Positions 8,553 to 17,636 of a DNA stretch of 64,000 bases are shown here, piece after piece. Every line of letters begins with the position of its first letter. Position 1 is the first letter of the stretch. The translations under genes were made by a program, and so were the position numbers. The notes under the pieces are model-generated. The model did not search any database, was not told the DNA's origin, and saw only the letters and a list, made by a program, of their open reading frames with translations. Location of the stretch: positions 1 to 64,000 of IMG/VR virus record IMGVR_UViG_3300025012_000027. One strand, written 5' to 3'.

Positions 8553-9448
8553 GTTTGTATGTGCCTTTGCCGGATCAAGAAGTCGGCATTCTATCATATA
8601 AGCCAATATTGGATGAGTTAGACATCACAATTACGTCCATTAAAAATACATCGGCTTATGCTTTTCCTGTATCAAACAGAGGAACTAGCTACTGTGGGGA
8701 TCATCCTAAATACATGTCACTTGAGAGTCTAAATACTCTGACATATAAGAGTGAGCTACATAAAACAGGCATACTTACCATTCCGACAGAAATTGTTCAA
8801 GAAATTGGAGATACTTCTTTATATTTTTTCAAGCCAAATTCTATATTTAGCAACGAACTTGTAAGACGCCCAAGGGTTGCGAGCCCTATCGCCCAGTATG
8901 AAGTGACGTTTTCTGTAAATGAATTCAATGAGATCTATGTGTTTAATACATCGAGACACATATTTAATAATGCAGATACGTCTGGGGCTTGTGTACAGAC
9001 ATCTGAAAATAGTGTAGAATCCATCTATATGATAGATCAAGTGAGACAAGCTGTTATTAGATTAAACGTTCGTGGTGGCATACATAATGTGCAGTTTATA
9101 TATTATAATAACGAATTAGTTTTAATAGACTGGAATGCTAGACCACCAACAGTTCTTACCGAAGGTTTCGCAGCATATAACCATCCTAATATCATTAGTA
9201 CGGTAAGACACGCACTCGGACTCCCAATTCTGCCAAGAGAACCTATGTCTGTTATTTTTAGAGATTATTCGGATAATCCTATACCCGTTTCAAAACGGGA
9301 TCTTATCGTTAGTTTTGGACTACTTCCTAGAAAAGTTTGGGGTAAAGGGATTGATTATCCATTCATACGAGTCAGTGGGCTTGGATCTTCGGATGAAGAG
9401 CTGAATTCGAGATTTGATCAAATGGAACTGGCAGTATTTAGTAATTAA
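8540..9448 (+). CDS. ATP-grasp-fold protein (divergent)
   Basis: FFKP, YEVTF, GIHNVQFIYYNNELVLIDWNARP resemble ATP-grasp motifs. Confidence 0.6.
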   Translation: MASMSLYVPLPDQEVGILSYKPILDELDITITSIKNTSAYAFPVSNRGTSYCGDHPKYMSLESLNTLTYKSELHKTGILTIPTEIVQEIGDTSLYFFKPNSIFSNELVRRPRVASPIAQYEVTFSVNEFNEIYVFNTSRHIFNNADTSGACVQTSENSVESIYMIDQVRQAVIRLNVRGGIHNVQFIYYNNELVLIDWNARPPTVLTEGFAAYNHPNIISTVRHALGLPILPREPMSVIFRDYSDNPIPVSKRDLIVSFGLLPRKVWGKGIDYPFIRVSGLGSSDEELNSRFDQMELAVFSN

Positions 9449-9450
9449 CT

Positions 9451-10527
9451 ATGTTTTATTATTTTGATGATGGTACAAAATGTACATCGAAGATAGAAGC
9501 TATAAAATATGGTTTGGCGAAACAATTAACTCCGAAGTTTTATTATTACGATCACATCTATGAAAAATTAAATTGGAGTGTCGAACCATCTCAAAGTTTA
9601 GATTACTATTATAAAGAACAAGCTCAAAATATTAGAGATAATTATGATTATGTAATTTTAGCATATTCTGGTGGGTATGACTCAACCAATATACTTGAAA
9701 CCTTTCATTTCAATAATATAAAATTAGATAAGATATTGATCGTCGGCGCATTTAAACAAGATAGCTCATATGGAGTCGATGAAAACCATAATGGAGAATT
9801 GTATCATAACGCATTTCCATATGTAAAGGATCTTGGCTTGGACCATATCACTCAAGTTATAGACTATACAGAGTTATTCGATAGCACAAAAAACTTTAGT
9901 ATTTCAGTATATAACGAGAATTGGGTTGATACCATTGGAGCGTGGTTCAGTCCTCATAATTGGTTCTGGAAAGATGTAGAGAGGCACATTGTTCCACTAG
10001 AGTGGAGAGGTAAACGAGTCGCTCTAGTATTTGGTAAAGATAAACCCGGACTGTATCACAATGTTCATGCAACCCGTCGCGGTATAGGAATTCAAGGCGA
10101 TGCCCTTAATCCAACGGGATTTCATTTTAGAGACACGCCGTGTTTAAGTTACGCAGATACTAATGCAGATGAAAGTATTGACAGAGTAAACTTTTACTGG
10201 GATCCTGAAAACCCACAAATTTTATTAAAACAATTGCATGTGATTAAGAGAGTAACTGAAATAAATGAAATTGCTCCGCTCAAGTTACTAAATATAAATG
10301 AAATTGTGTACAGTCTCAAACGACCTTTGTTATTTAAGTCACCGAAGAGCGGTAGTAACTTATTTAGTCTTAGAGATGAATACTTAAAGACCAATAAGGC
10401 ATCTGATGTATTTTCTTTATATGCCGCTGGAATTAATAAGATAGACCGAGAAATAGGGGTAAGTAATATTGGTCCTATATTTTCCAAACATTATAGCATG
10501 CTAAGTGGCTTGCACGCGATAACGTAG
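9451..10527 (+). CDS. PP-loop (adenine nucleotide alpha-hydrolase-like) protein
   Basis: VILAYSGGYDSTNIL PP-loop. Confidence 0.65.
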   Translation: MFYYFDDGTKCTSKIEAIKYGLAKQLTPKFYYYDHIYEKLNWSVEPSQSLDYYYKEQAQNIRDNYDYVILAYSGGYDSTNILETFHFNNIKLDKILIVGAFKQDSSYGVDENHNGELYHNAFPYVKDLGLDHITQVIDYTELFDSTKNFSISVYNENWVDTIGAWFSPHNWFWKDVERHIVPLEWRGKRVALVFGKDKPGLYHNVHATRRGIGIQGDALNPTGFHFRDTPCLSYADTNADESIDRVNFYWDPENPQILLKQLHVIKRVTEINEIAPLKLLNINEIVYSLKRPLLFKSPKSGSNLFSLRDEYLKTNKASDVFSLYAAGINKIDREIGVSNIGPIFSKHYSMLSGLHAIT

Positions 10528-10537
10528 AAAGAATGAT

Positions 10538-11527
10538 ATGACAATAAAAACTTCCGGGTCTCTTTCATTAAATGAAATCAATTCTGAATTTGGGAGAGGG
10601 TATAACTTAAACGCATATAGAGGCACTTCCTATTGGAATAGTAACGCTACTCTGGGTACGTTTTCAAGCGTAGCTATTTCAATCAATGATTTTTTTGGTA
10701 AGGCTCTATCTCGACCACCCATCACCGCTCAAGTATTGGTTGTGGGTGGTGGTGGAGGCGGCGGTTCTGGAACACATGATTCTGTTGGCGGTGGAGGGGG
10801 CGGTGGAGGGGGCGGTCAATTCTTATCATTTGATGTAACATTATACCCCGGTGCTCCAGCTTCAATTAGTATAGGGGGTGGTGGTGCCGGTGGATACTAT
10901 TACATCTACTATACCGGCCCTTATGGTGACCAAGCTAATTATGCGTATGTAGCAGGGAATACTGGTGGATCCAGTTCTGCAGTATTCAATGGATCTACAT
11001 ACACTGCGGTAGGGGGGCTATATGGTCACCAAAGATGGTATAATGGTGAAAGCTTTACTGTTGACCCAACCCCATATGTTGGTGGGGCAGGTGGTTCGGG
11101 TAATGGCGGGGGTGGGTATGCATCTGCAGGTGGATCAGACGGTATTAGAGCAGGCGGGGGTGGTGGTGGTATAGATGATCAATCGACAGCTGGAGTAGGC
11201 GGAGCGGGTCCGCTGTGGTTTAATGGGTCTAGATATTCGGGTGGTGGTGGTGGTGGTGCTGATGGGTCCGGTCAAGCTTCGGGTGGCGCAGGTGGCGGCG
11301 GAACTGGCGGGTCATCTATGAATGGAACGGCAGGCGCAGCCAATACCGGTGGTGGCGGAGGTGGTGGTGGGTCATCGGGTTTTGTAACCAATGCAGGGGC
11401 CGGTGGCTCAGGCATAGTGATCATTAGATATGTTAGCAGTTTCGCATTCTTCAGTGGTGGGTCAGCGTATTCATCTGGTGGCTACATATACCATGTGTTT
11501 ACGTCTAATGCGTCATTTACAACATAA
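10538..11527 (+). CDS. Glycine-rich tail-fibre adhesin (gp38-like architecture)
   Basis: N-terminal SGSLSLNEINSEFG..ISINDFFGK anchor; many poly-Gly runs; GSGIVIIRY..YHVFTS end. Confidence 0.7.
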   Translation: MTIKTSGSLSLNEINSEFGRGYNLNAYRGTSYWNSNATLGTFSSVAISINDFFGKALSRPPITAQVLVVGGGGGGGSGTHDSVGGGGGGGGGGQFLSFDVTLYPGAPASISIGGGGAGGYYYIYYTGPYGDQANYAYVAGNTGGSSSAVFNGSTYTAVGGLYGHQRWYNGESFTVDPTPYVGGAGGSGNGGGGYASAGGSDGIRAGGGGGGIDDQSTAGVGGAGPLWFNGSRYSGGGGGGADGSGQASGGAGGGGTGGSSMNGTAGAANTGGGGGGGGSSGFVTNAGAGGSGIVIIRYVSSFAFFSGGSAYSSGGYIYHVFTSNASFTT

Positions 11528-12345
11528 TGAATTCATATAATAATTGGATCACGTCTAATGTATCTCAACGATTGACTAATCCCTTAGCCAAATTAAAGTT
11601 AGACATGAAAGTTCCTCTATTCGAGCAAAGGAACTTTCATGAATGTGCATCTGAAGCCGCGCAGCTTATTGCAAAAACTCATGATAATATATATGTGGCA
11701 TTAAGTGGAGGTATGGATTCTGAGTATATTGTTAGAACTTTTCATAAAAACAACGTACCGTTCACCCCAATCATATTAGAATGTGGGAATGAGATAGAGA
11801 GAAGGTACGCTTTTAAAGTATGCGAAGAATTGCGGCTATCTCCTGTCGTTCTACACTTATCAGAAGAAGATATGGTAGATAAATTCTATGAGTCAATCCA
11901 CAAAAAACTTAATGGGGTGGGTTATCATGCTACATTGGTTCTAGCTATCGCAGAGTATGTATACAGTAAACGAGGGGTGTTAGTAACGGGGGATGGATTT
12001 TTTGGAGATGGTGATGAATTGGTTACCGATACTGAGTTTGCTTTATACAATGAATGGGATGATTATATAGACTCTTTAGTTGATATAGATAACATTGGGT
12101 TCTTTCTATATACCCCACAATTGTTATATTCGATGTTTCCTAAAACGTATACTGCATGGAATATTATCAAAACAGAGTTGTATGGTATTGAATATAGGCG
12201 CAAGATGCGCCCTAGGTACAGGGACGACACACTAAATAAACTGCACAGTATAAATTCTAAGGTGATTTATACTTTAGGGAATAATATTTGTAATGTTATT
12301 TATACGAAACAAGAAATTTTAGAAATTTTTAATACGAAGGAATGA
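11527..12345 (+). CDS. Second PP-loop (asparagine-synthase-like C domain) protein
   Basis: IYVALSGGMDSEYIV; LVTGDG. Confidence 0.65.
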   Translation: MNSYNNWITSNVSQRLTNPLAKLKLDMKVPLFEQRNFHECASEAAQLIAKTHDNIYVALSGGMDSEYIVRTFHKNNVPFTPIILECGNEIERRYAFKVCEELRLSPVVLHLSEEDMVDKFYESIHKKLNGVGYHATLVLAIAEYVYSKRGVLVTGDGFFGDGDELVTDTEFALYNEWDDYIDSLVDIDNIGFFLYTPQLLYSMFPKTYTAWNIIKTELYGIEYRRKMRPRYRDDTLNKLHSINSKVIYTLGNNICNVIYTKQEILEIFNTKE

Positions 12346-12352
12346 AATTATT

Positions 12353-13084
12353 ATGAAAAAACTTATAGCACTTGCATTATTGGCTATTTCAATTACATGC
12401 TCAGCTGCACCAATTGAGTTTGTTGTAACGGCATCTGCAGGGGGGCCTAATGATACCGTGACTAGAAAAATAGTAGAAAAAATCTCTACTGAAACTGATT
12501 TGACATTTGTTGTGGTGAATAAGCCGGGTGCTGCACATGTAATTGGCTATAACTTTACAATGAATAGTAAAAAACCCACATTAATTTTATCTACCCCTGA
12601 AATTGCGAATCATGACGTGTATTTACAATTAGATGAACTTTTCACAGTAGGGTATTTTACTAACACTATTTTTGTTTCAACAAAGTCAAATATCACAAAC
12701 ATTAATCAATTAGCTGAATTATCCAAACATAGAGACGTGAATTTTGGGAGTGGTGGTCCGGGAACGTATAGTCATAAAGCAATGGAAATTGTGTGTAAGT
12801 CAACTTTAAAATGTCTATCAGTACCATACAAATCTGGAGCAGAGGGTATGTTAGCCGTAATGACTGGGCAAATAGATACATACGCACTAGTATCATATGG
12901 TTCTTATCAATTTTTGAATAATGATAAGGTTAAAGCGATACATGAAATACAAATGCTGAAAAATGATAATTGGTTAAAGCTATTTGCTAAAAATGTATCT
13001 AATGAAGATAGAGAAAAGATTATGCGAGTGCTAAATTCTCTGAATAAAGAATTCTTCTACGAAATGGGATTTGAAAAACAATAG
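12353..13084 (+). CDS. tctC: Tripartite tricarboxylate transporter substrate-binding protein (TctC/Bug family), compact
   Basis: Signal peptide; PIEFVVTASAGGPND, VVNKPGA, FGSGGPG, VPYKSGAEG..AVMTGQID. Confidence 0.85.
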   Translation: MKKLIALALLAISITCSAAPIEFVVTASAGGPNDTVTRKIVEKISTETDLTFVVVNKPGAAHVIGYNFTMNSKKPTLILSTPEIANHDVYLQLDELFTVGYFTNTIFVSTKSNITNINQLAELSKHRDVNFGSGGPGTYSHKAMEIVCKSTLKCLSVPYKSGAEGMLAVMTGQIDTYALVSYGSYQFLNNDKVKAIHEIQMLKNDNWLKLFAKNVSNEDREKIMRVLNSLNKEFFYEMGFEKQ

Positions 13085-13125
13085 TGCTGCGGTGAGTAAT
13101 ATCCAGTAACATATAACTCTAAATA

Positions 13126-14409
13126 ATGACTTTTGCTATATTATTAGGCCTACTTGCAGGCATTTTTAGTGGTATTATACCTGCCGTAGGAAACTTTACT
13201 ACTATTATACTGTTCATACCATTATTAACTAAATTTAATGTGTATGAGTTGGTGTTGTTTTATATGACACTAACGGCGATAAGTCAATACGTCTGTAGCA
13301 TACCCGCTATATTGTTTGGTATACCTGGAGAAACCAGTAGTATTCCGGTCGTCCAAGAATCCAAAAATCTATCCTGGTCTGAAAAGGTCGAGGCCCTCGT
13401 AGGATGCGCATACGGTAGTTTTATAGGTACTGTGAGTGTGTTCGTATGCATTTACGTATTCTCGAGTCATATAGAGCGCATCGTGCAACCGATGTTCACC
13501 TCGTATATCCTAGCCAGTATGCTATGCGTGTCTTTAATAGCCATCTGCTTGGTGTCTAACAAATCTGCGTGGTTCAGTGTGTTCAATGCTATGTTAGGCG
13601 CAGGTCTTGCGCTGATTGGCATAAACACGTTTTTCAACATCCATTTTACGTTTGGTTTTAGCCTCTTCTCTGGAGGAATCCCAGATATCTTAGTCATCAC
13701 CTTTCTGCTAGGATTTCCGGAACTATATCAAAACGCTAAAATACAAGCGGTCAATCTTCAATTGACCCAAATCGATCACAGACCGTTTACAGCCATAGTT
13801 TTGCCTAAGTGGTATGTTAGTTTGAGTGCGACAGTGGTGGGGGCGCTCGGTGGTATTGTGCCCGGTCTTACCTTCATTGCTAGCAGCAGTATCGCACATA
13901 CTGTTTCAAAGTGGGCGAACGTGCCTGCGTTGCAGAGAATATTTGCTAGCGAATCTGCTAACAATGCTGGGTCTGTAACACAGCTATTACCGTTATTATT
14001 GTTTGCTATCCCGATATCAGGGGGTGAGGCACTTATTCTTATGATGTTGAACCAACAGGCATTCAGCGTGTCGACATATAGTTTCTCATCCATATACGAT
14101 TATGTTGGATACAATTTTCTCATTGTAAATATGTTGGGGTTAGCGATAACATTAGCATTATCGTATGCAGCGTCAAAAGTTACTCGCATCAATGTGCGTC
14201 ATATCGTCACTTTTGCGATGATTGTTATGGTGTCGTCTATTATGTATGAGAGTTTTAGTAAAGGGGTGTTTTTAAATTATGTTTTGATATCTGTATTCTT
14301 ATTACCTTTAGGGTGGGTATTACGCAACCGGAATAATATGCCGTTAGTGTTTTCTTTTTTAGTTTTTGATCGGCTCACAGAAGCTGTATATCGTGTTTTT
14401 ATTTTATGA
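13126..14409 (+). CDS. tctA: Tripartite tricarboxylate transporter large permease (TctA family)
   Basis: Polytopic membrane protein; GIIPAVG, PAILFGIPGETSS, GIVPGL, ASESANNAG, PLLLFAIP signatures. Confidence 0.85.
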   Translation: MTFAILLGLLAGIFSGIIPAVGNFTTIILFIPLLTKFNVYELVLFYMTLTAISQYVCSIPAILFGIPGETSSIPVVQESKNLSWSEKVEALVGCAYGSFIGTVSVFVCIYVFSSHIERIVQPMFTSYILASMLCVSLIAICLVSNKSAWFSVFNAMLGAGLALIGINTFFNIHFTFGFSLFSGGIPDILVITFLLGFPELYQNAKIQAVNLQLTQIDHRPFTAIVLPKWYVSLSATVVGALGGIVPGLTFIASSSIAHTVSKWANVPALQRIFASESANNAGSVTQLLPLLLFAIPISGGEALILMMLNQQAFSVSTYSFSSIYDYVGYNFLIVNMLGLAITLALSYAASKVTRINVRHIVTFAMIVMVSSIMYESFSKGVFLNYVLISVFLLPLGWVLRNRNNMPLVFSFLVFDRLTEAVYRVFIL

Positions 14410-15305
14410 GGACTCTTATGTTTTTAAAATTTATCGTTTCATGCGTTGTATTGTTTAGCAGCGCTTTCGCGTCTGCAGATTCTCTCAAATTAGTATCGCC
14501 GGGATCACAATCGGGCGGCTATATGATTCAACTAGCTGCATATGCTAAAGATCTGTCAAAGGACTATACGATTTCGGCGGTAGCGGCTGGTAATCTGTGT
14601 GAAGCTCTCAAACAAGTATCGGAAAATACTCCGACGCTGTTGCTATGGGGCAATGACTATGAAGCTGAGTATCGTCGAAATATCTGCGGTAATGTTCCGA
14701 ATAATCTAAACTTACGGGATATGATTAGGTTTAATACGAACTCATATATGGTTTGCTCGATTACTCACAAGAAGCCCGAGTTTCTAACAAAGACGGTCAC
14801 TGGTAGAATTGCTCATAGCGTTCCTCGCGACATGTTTACGGCAACTATCAATGAGATCAATGCGACCTTTGGGACTAGTTATGCAGCAATCCCATATAAC
14901 GGCACTGGATTGGCTAGATTAGCATTGGTTAGTGGTGAAGTAGATTATGCAATTCTCCCTAACGAGCATCGTCCATATATTGAACAAAAGGGCGGCGATT
15001 GTTTCTATGTGTTAGGCGATACCGGATCAAACTATCCGACGATCGAAGACTTGCAAAAGTTGGCCCCGACGAAAAAACTAACTCTATCGCTGAACCACGG
15101 ATTGTTTCTGTTGCATGCATCAAAGGCTGAACGAGAAAAAATTGTTACTACGCTGAAGGGGTTGCACGCTGACTGCAACAGCGGAATTGGCATGCATACA
15201 AAATGTGGTAAAGACTTTTTCCCTGTTTGGAATATTACTCCAACATTGGCATCGGCGTGGGAAGCTGAGGTGCTCTCATTTGGAAAGTTTTTAGCCAGTA
15301 AGTAA
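14406..15305 (+). CDS. Second, divergent TctC-like periplasmic binding protein
   Basis: Signal peptide; LVSPGSQSGG; IPYNGTGLARLALVSGEVDY. Confidence 0.6.
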   Translation: MRTLMFLKFIVSCVVLFSSAFASADSLKLVSPGSQSGGYMIQLAAYAKDLSKDYTISAVAAGNLCEALKQVSENTPTLLLWGNDYEAEYRRNICGNVPNNLNLRDMIRFNTNSYMVCSITHKKPEFLTKTVTGRIAHSVPRDMFTATINEINATFGTSYAAIPYNGTGLARLALVSGEVDYAILPNEHRPYIEQKGGDCFYVLGDTGSNYPTIEDLQKLAPTKKLTLSLNHGLFLLHASKAEREKIVTTLKGLHADCNSGIGMHTKCGKDFFPVWNITPTLASAWEAEVLSFGKFLASK

Positions 15306-15317
15306 CGTTTTTGCAGC

Positions 15318-15350
15318 GCCAACATCCCGTTAAAATTCGTTGATGTTGGC
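15318..15350. other. Inverted repeat (9-bp stem, 15-nt loop) just upstream of the late promoter
   Basis: gccaacatc ... gatgttggc. Confidence 0.6.
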
Positions 15351-15352
15351 CT

Positions 15353-15447
15353 GCTTAAATAGTATGAGTAACTAATTGGATACCTTATGCAACTAACTCT
15401 AGAAGAAACACAATACCTGTTAGATGAATCTACTCAACCGCTAACCG
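15353..15447 (+). repeat. Copy 3 (intact source) of late-promoter + 5'-gene repeat
   Basis: TAAATA 15356-15361 followed by start of the 749-aa ORF. Confidence 0.95.
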
Positions 15448-17636
15448 AGGAACTGCTGCAGGTATTGGTTGAAAATCGTATCGAGTACATAAAATCTGCA
15501 ATGGCGGACAAGCTGTCAACTGCACACGATCCAGAATCTAGCAATTTGTCTGCTGGTAAGATCATAGATCACATCGCAAAGAAAGTTGACCCAACTACTC
15601 GCAAGACTCAAACTGAATGGCTCGTTAATCGATACCATGCAGGCGAGTTTAAATTAGGCGATTCCAAGGCAATCAAGAAGACTATGTCTACGTATGAGGA
15701 AGCCGTCCCTCATATGGAAAACAAAGACATCAAGTCGTTCAAATCACTAGGAGATCTTCGAGACGCCGTTGCAACGACCCACGTCAAGCGTAAGATGGTA
15801 GATGCATCGGATAATCAGCCCGTCGAGACCGGCGAAACGAAACTGTATGATCAGGATGGTGTTCAGGGGTTCAAGTTAACTAACAAGAAAACGAGTATCC
15901 ACAATTACGGCCCTAATGGCAAAGTTGCAAAGACTAGTTGGTGCACTGCATCTGAAGGGGCCAACAATCAGTTTGCTGGATATGCTGGTGGGAAATACCC
16001 TATGAGATTCCCTAATGGTGAAGTATTGCAAATCCACCATCAATCTGCTCAACTGCAGGATGTCAATAACAGACCGGTTTCGATGGCCGATCCTAGATTT
16101 GCGCCATACAAAGAACACATTGAGAATTTCATCAAGCAAACGGCAGACTCAGAGAATCTTGCATCGCCGAGCGAATTGGTGAAGCGACACGTGCCAACAT
16201 CATCGGATGAACTACAACCGTTGATCGATAAGCATACTGCGTTGATGGCACCCGTCCACGCAAAAACATATGTACCTTATGGTCATTCGCGTCATGTGCG
16301 CGAAGCAATGAACGACATTAAGGATGTAATTCAAAGATCTCGTATTACCGATCCTCAATTTGAACATCTTAAGAATGTGTCTACGCTGGATGGGTGGAAT
16401 GATACCCCCGAGCCAGCACGTCTATCGAATTGGTTAGCTAACAGCCCACACTTACAGCCGCATCAGGTAACTAGCCTCGTTGATGATTTAGTTAACAGAC
16501 CATCGGACGCTGACGACGAGAACTTCAAACCCATATTAGTTCACCCAAACATTTCCGACCATGACATACATAAATTGATTGGATGGAGTGGCGCAACAGA
16601 TAAAGCACACACATCTGCTCGTAGATCTTTTCTATTGAACACACCAAGCATCAAAGAAGAGCATTTGGACCGAATCAACCCGTCCATTGACGAACGGGAA
16701 GCGATGATTGATAGGTCTATGGCCAAAAGCATCCCAGATGATTATTTCAGAGACGTGATGCATAAGACCCCACACGTCGTTGCAGAAAACCCAATCACAC
16801 CCGCCCACGTTCTGCGCGAATTGCATGATACGAAAGCCGCCACTCCAGCATTGCATACGAGCTTGCTGAAAAACCCAAATTTACCAAAAGACGTGTTCAT
16901 GAAAGCGGTGACCGCGGATCTAGTTCATCCAGTTGATACAAATATACGAGTGGCAGTTGAACGCCCAGATCTAGAACCATCGGAAAGATCTATGGTCGTT
17001 AAGCGTCATATGGATGGTAAGTTGAATGATACGGGATTTGGAAGCTTTGCAGCATCTAATCGTCTATCAAGAGATGATATACACACAATAATAAACCACC
17101 CTGATTTGGATATTCGTCGAATGCAATCCGTCATTAGCAATCCGAAAATTCGGCACGGTGAATTAGAACGTATAGTGAATCACCCTAAATTCTCATCTGA
17201 TGTCATAAGTGATGTGATCGAGTCTCCATACATTAGATCTTCTACGGTAGATGCGCTAACTAGCTTGCCTGAGCATAATCGTGAAGTGCTTGATCAGATA
17301 TCTAAGACGCATTCAACAGCTATTGAGGGGCGTCACTTGACGCAGGTGTTGAGTCATCCGACGACAAATTTTGCGACTAAAGTGGCAGCACTTAAACATC
17401 CAGCAAACACTCCTGAACATTTTCATATGTTGAAAGACAATCCTAGATTTCATGGAGCTATAAGCAACAGTGTTAACGCACCTCCATCTATATTGCATGG
17501 GTTGTCCTCATCTCCAGCCGATCACGTCAGACTGAACGTTGCGAATAACCCAAACACCGAACCATCGACCCTGAATATTTTGTCGACTGATTCGGTCCCA
17601 GAAATTGCAGCAGTAGCAAAGAAGAAACTGAAATGA
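15387..17636 (+). CDS. Large protein with WCT motif and C-terminal HEAT/LRV-like helical repeats; possible internal head protein
   Basis: TSWCTA motif; repeated AxNPxxPxxxL units (VAENPITPAHVL, VRLNVANNPNTEPSTL); late promoter. Confidence 0.55.
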   Translation: MQLTLEETQYLLDESTQPLTEELLQVLVENRIEYIKSAMADKLSTAHDPESSNLSAGKIIDHIAKKVDPTTRKTQTEWLVNRYHAGEFKLGDSKAIKKTMSTYEEAVPHMENKDIKSFKSLGDLRDAVATTHVKRKMVDASDNQPVETGETKLYDQDGVQGFKLTNKKTSIHNYGPNGKVAKTSWCTASEGANNQFAGYAGGKYPMRFPNGEVLQIHHQSAQLQDVNNRPVSMADPRFAPYKEHIENFIKQTADSENLASPSELVKRHVPTSSDELQPLIDKHTALMAPVHAKTYVPYGHSRHVREAMNDIKDVIQRSRITDPQFEHLKNVSTLDGWNDTPEPARLSNWLANSPHLQPHQVTSLVDDLVNRPSDADDENFKPILVHPNISDHDIHKLIGWSGATDKAHTSARRSFLLNTPSIKEEHLDRINPSIDEREAMIDRSMAKSIPDDYFRDVMHKTPHVVAENPITPAHVLRELHDTKAATPALHTSLLKNPNLPKDVFMKAVTADLVHPVDTNIRVAVERPDLEPSERSMVVKRHMDGKLNDTGFGSFAASNRLSRDDIHTIINHPDLDIRRMQSVISNPKIRHGELERIVNHPKFSSDVISDVIESPYIRSSTVDALTSLPEHNREVLDQISKTHSTAIEGRHLTQVLSHPTTNFATKVAALKHPANTPEHFHMLKDNPRFHGAISNSVNAPPSILHGLSSSPADHVRLNVANNPNTEPSTLNILSTDSVPEIAAVAKKKLK

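Noticed and set aside
7816-12345. Canonical lasso-peptide or graspetide RiPP cluster with the 30-aa ORF as precursor
   Set aside because: No leader peptidase or RRE gene, the peptide derives from gene 15387, and the core lacks the expected acceptor pattern
15318-15350. Integron attC site
   Set aside because: Too short, ends do not match RYYYAAC/GTTRRRY, not repeated at other cassette ends, and no integrase seen
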